Source: the human T2T-CHM13v2.0 reference genome, Homo sapiens. From it: DNA of 64,000 nucleotides. This document shows, piece after piece, positions 53,621 through 64,000 of this stretch. The number at the start of each line of letters is the position of its first letter. Positions within the stretch are counted from its first letter, which is position 1. The stretch is taken from NCBI RefSeq assembly GCF_009914755.1, contig NC_060936.1, one strand, 5' to 3'. The translations under genes were made by a program, and so were the position numbers. The notes beneath the pieces were generated by a model, which was not told the DNA's origin, searched no databases, and was given only the letters and a program-made list of their open reading frames with translations.

Positions 53621-54408
53621 TGTGTAGGCTAAAACAGAACTGTAAAAGCAAGGAAAAAGAGGGAAATGGATGTTGGGAACTGTTGGAAGCAGTTTCTGGC
53701 AGGGTGACCAGGAATTACTTCTGAATAATTGATGGCAAAGCAGTATGCCTCCATCTGTGGCGACCCAAGTAAAGAAACAAGAGGAGAAGAAAGACTTCTG
53801 ATATCAAGCAATCCTTCTATCCACCCTCCACAAAATACGCTGCTTTGCATTATGAGAGATCCTTGGAGAAAAACCTTCTCCATGTAATCATGTGGCACAT
53901 TTTACCTTTCTCTTTGCAAAGAAAGAAGTTGCATGGAATTTAGAGATTTTAGCCATTATTCTCAAATTAGGAAAAAAAAAATCACTGTTTGGGGGTTCTT
54001 TAAAAAAGTGGCCTATACATTCAAAAGGGAGGAGAACTGTAACGTTTACACATCTCCTGCATGGCGTTTTTGGTGAAGGAAATTATCATTGCTCGACTAT
54101 TTCATTTCTATTTTTAAAAAAATAGAGAGAAGTTTGCTAACTGAGTTTAAATGGAGGTAAGGAGACTGTAATTAGATGTATCAACGACTCACTAGAGCAA
54201 TCTTCAAAAAATCAAGTTGTGATTGCGGAGCACAGCCCTCCTTGGAAGGGCAGCCCAAGCCTACAGCTCAGGCCACTGGCCTCTGGACCTTTTGGGCAAG
54301 TGAAGAATCCCACCTTTAAGGGCTGTATGAATGGGAACCAGCTTTAGCTTAGAACCAGATTTGGTAGAAAAAGAATGTGCTAATGGAGGGAAATTTAAAC
54401 CCTTTTGA

Positions 54409-54752
<344 letters not shown>

Positions 54753-54904
54753 TAGAAGAATATTTTTAAAATGTCAAAGAGTAAGCTTGTTCAGAGAAGG
54801 TAGAAATCCTTAATTTTGGTTGGTTCTGAAATATTGTGGAATAAAACTGCAGACACAGAATCACTCAACCCCTGGACACAAAAACAATGACAGCAATGAC
54901 AACT

Positions 54905-55070
54905 AACCCTTACTGAACAGTTGTATGTGCAGGACACTGTTCTAAGTGAGCTGTATGCATTCACCACCACGAATGTAAATGCTATTATCCCTATTTTGTG
55001 GTTGAGGATCAGGTGTAGAGAGGACCCAGGCATCCTGTCTCCAGAGCCTACACGCTTAACTACTACCACA
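54905..55070 (-). mobile_element. MIR
   Basis: TTACTGAAC...TATGTGCAGGACACTGTTCTAAGTG...TATTATCCCTATTTT...CTCCAGAGCCTACACGCTTAACTACTA. Confidence 0.75.
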
Positions 55071-58000
55071 TTATTAACTACTAACACACAGTTAGTGTTC
55101 ACCAGTCGCAAAATTCTGCCATCCTCTGTGTGTAAAAATGGGCATGGTTTAGGCCCCAGATCCTACCCCAGACCCTACCTCAAACTTACCAGTGAGGTCC
55201 CCAGCTTGGTTGATGGGGAGCAGGTTGGGGGGGCATCTTGGGGGTGGCAATTCCCTGCAACTCATACAACAGCAGTGATTCTCCAAGGAAAGCTGGCCCA
55301 AACCTCAGCTAATTAGAAAACAAAGAACCAGAAAGAGGTTTAGATGTACCAGCATTGGAAGCTGCTCATGTCTTCAATGGAATTTGCAATTTTCAGAGCG
55401 ATGCAAGCAGGGTTCAATAGCTACTTAATAAATGTGGGAGAAGAGCAGGAAATGAGCGCGTGGGCAAAGACGAAACCAGACAAAAGGCCATCTTTGCGGA
55501 AAATTAAAACTAGGAAACAGAGGGCTCCTAGGCTTTTTTTTTTCAGTCAAAAAGGAAAACATGCTGCATTTGAACAGTCTACTTAAAATACTGACCTCTT
55601 TCATACATGGAGTCACTGAAGACTTCATTATTTGCTGAGTCATCTGCAAATGATTTCATAAGGGTTTCTAGACTTTGCAACAAGGCTAAAAGACATCTTT
55701 ATGGGTAGAGACTTGCTATGTCACCTTTTTCTACCTATCTCATAGGTACTTTATATTAACTTTTATACTATAGAAAACATGTATTTTATATACAGTGCTA
55801 GGCACATAGTAGACGCTTAAATATATTTTGATGTCTTCATTGTCTAATAGTGAAGAACACATCATGATCTGTTTTAGCTATTTTGAAAATAAATCTGAAT
55901 AACTGACATTTTATAGCTTTTTTTCAGTAATTGAGAATTACCTAGTTTACAATTGGGAAGCCTTGAGGGACCTTTAATATTTTTTCTCTTCTTATGTGAA
56001 ATAAATTGTATTTTAATTTTCTTAAACTGAAACCACCTAAATGGGCCGATGGGCTTTGGGTTGCCTCGCAATGAAATAAATGCACAGTCGGTAAAAGCAC
56101 TGCGCTGTCTTCTCCCAAAGTATTTCCCTCCTCTTGGGGATCCAGGATCTGGTATAAAATGGCACCCTTAATTTTGGGGATCTGTCTTTGCCTTCAGCTG
56201 CGATTAGACCCCAGAAATGCATGCTTTCCAGGCCCTGTTCCTCCAGGGCTCCACCCTGAGCCAGTAATCAGATTAAGAAACTGGCAAATGAAAAATCTTA
56301 CAATTGCTGAATCTTCCGTTTGTCTGCATTTATGTGTGTTTTGTGTGTGTCTGTGATGTTTACATGTAAAAGAGCTCTGATTAATTGGCTTAGAAAAATA
56401 AGTGCTTAAATCAAGTATTTTGTCAGAAAAATAGAAACTTTAATGCCTCTGTTCACATAACTTTAGTAATCTTTTAGAAATAAAGATAGTTTTAAAGATT
56501 ATTGGTAAAATAAAATGTCTTGAAAATGTAGACATTTGGTCTAAATTAAGGTCAGATATCAAATCTGCTAAATGCTTTAAGGTCAAACTATTTCCTTGAC
56601 TTTTGAAAATTGTCAATTTACCTACTTTGGAGCATTAGATTATAGATGAGGCCTGGGGACCTGTGGATAGCCACTCCCGTAGCTATGCTGAAAACAGTCA
56701 GACCTTATCTTCATTTCTATCTGATGTCCTAGGCTCCACCCCAGTACATAATTAAAACTGCTTACTTATCAGGTTTTTCACTAAAAATAAAAGTTGCTAA
56801 GAGTTAACATTGTAACATGAAATTGAGTTACTGGAGAAACAGTTTTACATACAAGGTGTGTAGGGAATGTGTTTTTGGTAAAAGATAATAAGAAGGCATG
56901 ATAATATGGTTTTTGTTAAAGGGAATGTAATTTTATCTAGTTCAGAGGGTTTTAAAGATTTTCTTAACTTAGAGTAACCGGACAAAACTGAAGGTTTAAA
57001 CAAAGCAAAAAGGGTTTGTAAAGGGTTAATCTTATAAAAAAAATTCTGTGGGTATAAACAAGGTGGCTAAGATTTAAAAGAAATTATTTAGGTTTTTTCC
57101 ATAGGTTAAAACATTAAAATCATACTGATGTGGGGCCGGAATCTGGGCCCATGTCCGAATAACAGGGTTTTCTTAGAAAACTGATCTGCTGTTTGATGGA
57201 AAATTGTAAAGGGTTCTAAAAAGTTTATGAAAATCTTACCTTATGGTCAAACTAATTAAAACCAGACAGAGATATAAAATTTTATTTTAAAAACTAGCTT
57301 TAACATCAAAGATGCACTAATGAAAACATGAAATTTGGTTTTCTCTTTTGAAGACAATTTTTCTATAATGTTAAAAGATAATGAAAGGGTTTTGTTTTCT
57401 CCTTTGGTTAAATGGCAGGGGGAACAAAAGGGAAGAGAGAGAAAAGACAAATTCAGTTGGCCTCATGCTATCTTTCTTGGGTCTCGTTTGGAAAGCTAAG
57501 TCTCCTATCAAAGTAAAGGTTTTTCTTTTAAGATTTTGGAGTTATCATTTTGGCCAAATGAATGACTTACGATGACCAGGGATTGTATTTTGTGATCTCT
57601 AGTGTTTTAAACCTTTAATATTTGACAAACTTTCCAAAATCAAATTATAAATTATGTCTCTTTCTAACCTAATATTTTAGGTTAGCAAAATATTTTTTTC
57701 TAACCTAAACTCCTAAAAACTTATTTTTCTAACCTAAAGTCCAAAAATAACATTTATTTTGTACAAAAATCATACAGGAAGCATTGTCAAATATGAAATG
57801 GTGCTTAGCTTTCATTGGGCTATATTTGTGCAAATGTGTTGTTGGTATATGGTCCAAAATTATGTAAAACTCCTATAATTCTAATATGACTTAGTCTATG
57901 TTATCAGTAATAATTATAATTATTATGTTAACAGACCGTGTACCACAGAGGTAACAAATTTCCTTGTCCATCGTGTCTTAAACTGGCTACCCTAAAATGT

Positions 58001-58205
58001 TTTTGTTATCCACAGACCATTGTTGTCTCCTTTCGGTCCTCTTTAAAAGACAGTTTTATAATCAGCTATAAAATTTATCAGGTGTTCTTTAAATGCAGGA
58101 TTCTAATAATACTGGAGATTGTGACATTAGAATAGAGGAAAAACTTTCAAATAGAAAAGCGAATGGCATCTGGTTTACTTTGGACTGTATTTGTATAAAT
58201 ATGTT

Positions 58206-58340
58206 ATTAGTATGTGTCCTAAGATTATGGGAAACTTCTATAATGTTGATATAATTTAGTGTACATTATTAGTGTACCTTATTACACTAAATTATATCAA
58301 CATTATAGAAGTTTCCCATAATCTTAGGACACACACTAAT
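58206..58340. repeat. Inverted repeat with 58-bp arms (57/58 complementary) and a 19-nt spacer
   Basis: 58206-58263 is the reverse complement of 58283-58340 except A58212/C58334. Confidence 0.97.
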
Positions 58341-59428
58341 TATAATTGTTCTGTAAAATTGTTGTATGCCACAGAAATAACCAAAATTCCTAGTCAATTG
58401 TAGCTTAAATAGTGGCTATAGACTGTTGTCATCCCCAGACATTTTGTCTTGCTTTGGTCCTTTTCAAAAGACAGTTTATAATCAGATGTACGACCCTGAC
58501 TGCAGGTCTCAGACAACTTTAAAAATTGTACCATTGGAATAGAGGAAAAAAACAAACTTCTAGGACTCTCATGGAGAGCTAACGTGTTAAACACTGCTAA
58601 ACCTTTTGTTTTCAGAGTCAAGAGAACTTATTTCTTTAGAGCTATTTGCAACTTTTAACAAGTGAGTAAAATATACCCCTGTGAACAAAATTTGAAGCAT
58701 ATTTGTTCCTCTCTACCTGATTTCTCCAGAATTTGGAAACTATTTGTGAATATTCTCAATTTATGGCAGTATAGTTAATTGCATACGTGCAATAAGAATC
58801 TGTTTTCTTTTGTAACAGGGCACAATTGGAGAAAGTGGTTATTTTACCAAGGCTTTGACTGGAGTGGTATGCTCCCCTTCAAGAATCAAAGTTGACTTAT
58901 AGAGCCAATTAAAGCTCACTGGGGAATCTGGCCTCATACCTTGTCCACACAGAGTCCCTGTACAAGGTTCCTGACCTGTGATAAGTAAAGAATGTCACTT
59001 TCTAACAGGCTCAGAAACCCCACATTATCTTACGTCCTCAAGAGGAGAAGAATTTGCCCAACTCATAGGTATTTGAGGGTACAAACCCATGGCTGGGCTC
59101 GGCTTTTAAAAACTCTTATCTGAGATTCTTCATGGAACAGAGTTCTATCAAAGCCAATTTAAAAAGCCTAAGTGAAAAATAAGTATTCTTGCTACATTTT
59201 ATGTAAATAATCAGGCCAAGTACAGTAAAGCTAAAGTTTATTTTGTAAACAAATATAAGTTTTATCATGATTTGCTTTTAATAAAAATGGGGACTGGAGA
59301 GAGAAAAATTATGCTTCAAAAGAAAGACTTTAGTACACCGTTGTTAGCTGTTCTTGAGGTTTTTTCCTGAAGTTCAGACTAAATCCTAAATTCTTTTTGG
59401 GTTAGAAGTCCCCAAACTAATGCTTTCA

Positions 59429-59800
<372 letters not shown>

Positions 59801-60115
59801 CTAGGACTCATTATTTCCCTAATTATTTACTCATTATTTACTACATTATTTACAACCGTGGTCACTTAAACACTGGAGTAAAACTATAGATGAGGGTACT
59901 AATGTTTTTGCCATGCAAGTCTTGAACACCCAGCCAGGCCTGCAGGAGTCGCTCAGACAGTTGCAAAGTGGTTTCATTCTTCTCACCTTGGAGTTCACTC
60001 CCATTCCCACTATGTCCCCTGTCGACTGGAAGAAGCCAGAGCGATCGGCTGCCTTTTCCCATCTTCACAGCCTACACCTTAAGATTAAGGTGTTATAAAA
60101 CCCAAAGGGAGGGAT

Positions 60116-60797
60116 TGAAACCACCTTTGCAAAATCATGACTGAGGCAGTGAAAGAGATCTAACTTAACCGACTCCACCTTGCTTCTAACCTCCAAGCTG
60201 TCCTTGTTCATTCCTGGGCTTAGGCTGAACTAACTTTGGGAGAAACTTAATTCATAGTTTAAACAAAGATGGTAACAGTCCTTTCCCAAAGCAGACCTCC
60301 TTCTTGCCTGAGGACTCAATTTCCTTTATAGGACTAACATTAGTCACAAGATTAGAAATTATGGTTTGGGAGTTATGCAGCTGGAGGCTACAAGATTCTG
60401 ACCCTCCCTAAGCTGCCCCTAAGATCAGGGCTTGAGACGTTTTGCAGACCCTGCACGTGATGAGTCAGCTGGCACCACCCAGATGCATAAACTGGCCCAT
60501 ATGAACTTGTGGCCCCCACCCAGGAACTGACTCAGTGCAAGAAGACAGCCTCGACTCCCTGTGATTTCATCCCTAAGCAATCAGCACTCCTGGCTCACTG
60601 GCTTCCCCCTACCCACCAAGTTATCCTTAAAAACTCTACTCCCCGAATGCTTGGGGTGACTGATCTGAGTAATAATAAAACTCTGGTCTCCCACAGCAGG
60701 CTCTGTGTGAATTACTCTTCCTCTATTTCAATCCCCCTGTCTTGATGAATCGGCTCTGTCTAGGCAGTAGGCAAGGTGGATCCCTTGGGTGGTTACA
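60116..60797 (+). mobile_element. LTR8 (3' LTR of the provirus)
   Basis: TGAAACCACCTTTGCAAAATCATGACTGAGGCAGTGAAAGAGATCTAAC...AATAATAAAAC...GGTGGTTACA. Confidence 0.92.
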
Positions 60798-62768
60798 AAA
60801 CCAACTCTATAAAGAAATAAAACATTTCTATTTTAGGCACACTTCTGAAACAATGGCTCTAAAGTCCTCCTCAAAGTACCACCAAAAATCTAAACTGAGC
60901 TATGAGCCGGAGGCAACCAAGAGCTCAGAGAAAGCAGGGAGGATATACATATTTACATTCAGCAGAAGTTCGCACAATATTTCTTTCCCATTTCCAAAAG
61001 GAAAAGAAAAAATTTGAATTTGCAAGCTTTTGTTAAAAAATCTTGGAAATATTTTTGATGTTTTCTTCTGTTTTGAGTGAGGAGTCACTAAAAACTTCCT
61101 TTGGCAAGACAGGAAAAAAGCAAAGAAAAGATGAATATTGAGATACTATATAAAAAATAATGTTTAATAATATTCCTTGCAAGGAAAATGGAAAAGTAAA
61201 AAATTTATGGCCAGAGGATAGAAGTAACTTGTAAAACACTTTTCACCTTCAGGAACTTGTATTATTCTTGGGGGAAGAGAATAACTTAAAAGGTCTTTGG
61301 CATATCCTACTTGGTGAAATACTTGTGCTTCCATCAGTTGTAAAACGGTAGTTGCAATAGGTTTCCAATATTAAATTGAAAATGAGTTTCCATGAAAAAT
61401 ATATGCCCTAATAAATGAAGGTAGATACATTTAAGAATAAGTAAATATGGCCAGCACCCTAACCAGGGAAGGTTTTATTAGCACTCTCAGAACTCAAAAC
61501 ACCAGCTGCTTAAGTCAATTAACAAAGGTTAAATATTGGTTAGGTGCCACAGGAAATGTAAGAATATGAGAAAATACAACTAGCCAACGTGGTGAGGGCA
61601 GCTATATGGAAAAGATAAGATGAGGAGGGCTGAAGCGTTTTTGAAACTTGGGGCAGGGCTGGGGAAGGGTACATGATGAGAGGTTGGGGTAGGGGAGAGG
61701 AAACCCCAGAGCAGAAAGACACAGGCTGAGTGGGAGCACGGAGAGGAAGGCCAGCCTATGGCCCAAGAGAAGGACAAGCTATTTAAAGAAGTGGAAGCTA
61801 CTTTGTAAATTTAGGAGATATTGTCCTTGATCAGACCTTGAAAGAAGGAGAAAGGAAAACGCAAGGCAGCAAAGGGCAGAGTGGTAGAATGGCTTGGATT
61901 CTTACAAATTGCAAGCCTGAGGTACACAGCAGCACAGTGGGAATCAGACCACCTAGGACTAAGGGTAAAATAAAAAGAAATGTTAAGGCTTGGGCTGAGC
62001 CTGGCCGCTGCAGACCCCAGGCTGCTCCAGCAAAAGAATTCTGCCTCGTGGTAATGACCTGATCGTGCAAAAATGCAAATAAGGTGGACAGTGGTCAAGG
62101 GTGAAGACAGATTCATTTCATCGACCTTGGAAATCCAAGAACATAGTCCTGAAGGATGTGAAAGAGAGGTTGGTAAGCACCAAGCCAGCTTCTCCTCTCT
62201 AAGCCCACAGCCAGGCCTCCCGTTTTCATGGCCTGTCAGGTACATGTAGCCACGTGACCAAGTTCCAGCCAAGGGCATTTGGGCAAAAGCAATGCCCACT
62301 TCCAGGATTGTAAAAATGTCCTACATAACCCTGCGCACTCTCATTTCCTATCTACCAGCTGGATGTGAAGGATGGCAGAGCCCCAAAGGGAGCCCAGCTC
62401 GTCACCTTTCCCACGGAAGGCTCCCCAATGAACACTGGACTTCCTGTGCCCAACAAGTGTACATTTATCCTGTTAAGCATCTGAGATTTCCGGGTTGGTG
62501 TGGTACAACAGTTAGTGTTCCGTACCTTGACCCAAACAAAGGGGAAGAATACGATTTAGGTAACCAAAGTTCCCCAGAGCCTGTACGTTTGAGGATGAAA
62601 GAGAACAGCTGGGTGAGGATGCACTGGTGCAAGGTAGGTCAGTGTCAGGTAATAAAAAATGAGATTACACGATTTAAGAGTATGTGAGCTTTGACAATTT
62701 TATAGGCTCATACAATCTACATATGTGCATATATGTATATATAAATATTTTGGTATACTGTTCCATGA

Positions 62769-63080
<312 letters not shown>

Positions 63081-63659
63081 TGAGTTTTAAGTTTTGTTTA
63101 GATTCCTGTAGCCACTACCACAGTCAGGATAGAAAACAGTTTCATTACCCCCAAAACTCTCTCATGCTTTCCCTTTTAGGAGAACCATTCCTCCTCTGCT
63201 ACGCCCTAGCAACCATGAATCGCTTCTCCATTACTATATATTAACTCTTCCAGAAAGTCTCATAAATGGAATCATACAACATGTGGTCTTTTATGACTGG
63301 CTTCTTTCATTCAGAATGTTGCCTTTAAAGTTGACTTTTTAAAAAGTATTTGGAAGAGGAATAATGAAATAAAACTGGCAGACAATGACAATGACTGGAT
63401 CTGGGTAACGTACAGATCCGTTTTTCCATTCTACTTTCATACATGTATGGAAATTTCAATCATAAAAACTTTTTACATTTTGAGAAAAATAACTGTTGTA
63501 CATCAGCCATGTACCAATCTGAAATTTCTGCTTGAAAGAAATCTGAAAAAAATCAAACATCCGGGACTGAGAAAAAACTAGCCCCCATTCTCCTAGTCTT
63601 CTCGTGTCCGAATAAAATTCAGAGCAGTCCAGGCAAAATGGTGTTGGAATTACACTTAC

Positions 63660-63779
63660 ATTCTTGCAAGAGACAGTGAGGAGACAGTCAAAGAACCATA
63701 TTGACGATTTCTGGGTCTGCACCTGCAGGCTCTGACACTTCCAGTGTCTAATGGAGCAATCTGCAATGTCCTGCTTCTC
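63660..63779 (-). other. Candidate internal exon of an unidentified, probably non-coding, minus-strand transcript
   Basis: Minus strand ttggtttttccag|GAGAAG...AAGAAT|gtaagt, 120 nt, in apparently unique DNA; splice motifs only, no recognised protein. Confidence 0.3.
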
Positions 63780-64000
63780 CTGGAAAAACCAATTTCCAAC
63801 CTTTGCTCCTTAGCAATCTGAGAGTCCCTTAAGAGTGTGATTCAAAGGCTCTGTAGAACAGAAATAGGCCATTTAATTCTATAAAATGGATGTTAACTAA
63901 AATGATGGAAACCTTCTGTGAAAAGTGGGTTTTGCCCCTTTTCCAAGGTGACACGGGTAGGAAAAAAGACCTAATTCTAGGCACGAGTACGGTCACCCTG

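Noticed and set aside
61811-62687. 162-aa minus and 131-aa plus ORFs in unique DNA
   Set aside because: No recognisable homology or motif; the minus ORF is not initiated at a true ATG; lengths are within chance for 64 kb in six frames.

Overview
Primate, most likely human, genomic DNA (AluJ, AluS and AluY, L1PA/L1PB, THE1, MST and MER4-group ERV1 elements) that looks intergenic or intronic. I cannot support any protein-coding gene, RNA gene or CRISPR array. Most long ORFs in the track are by-products of Alus, L1 3' ends, microsatellites or a 21-bp VNTR. The window is a dense, nested patchwork of transposon fossils: about 20 Alus, MIR, L2 and L1 fragments, MaLR and ERV1 solo LTRs, hAT and Tigger MITEs, and a 4.8-kb non-coding LTR8 provirus whose 5' LTR is reduced to 11 nt. 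The most unusual sequence-level observations are: (i) a near-perfect hairpin with 58-bp arms inside the old provirus (58206-58340); (ii) two perfect (TA)n-centred palindromes bracketing an AT-rich tract (28463-28664); (iii) a codon-phased 21-bp VNTR with ATG-initiated ORFs on both strands; (iv) several templated-insertion or fold-back scars; (v) LTRs with STAT, AP-1 and E-box motifs; and (vi) weak candidates for exons of a minus-strand spliced non-coding transcript. I do not see convincing evidence of a new multi-gene system. Repeat subfamily names come from recalled consensus sequences and need RepeatMasker/Dfam confirmation. Boundaries of old repeats (MIR, L2, L1M, MLT1) are approximate.
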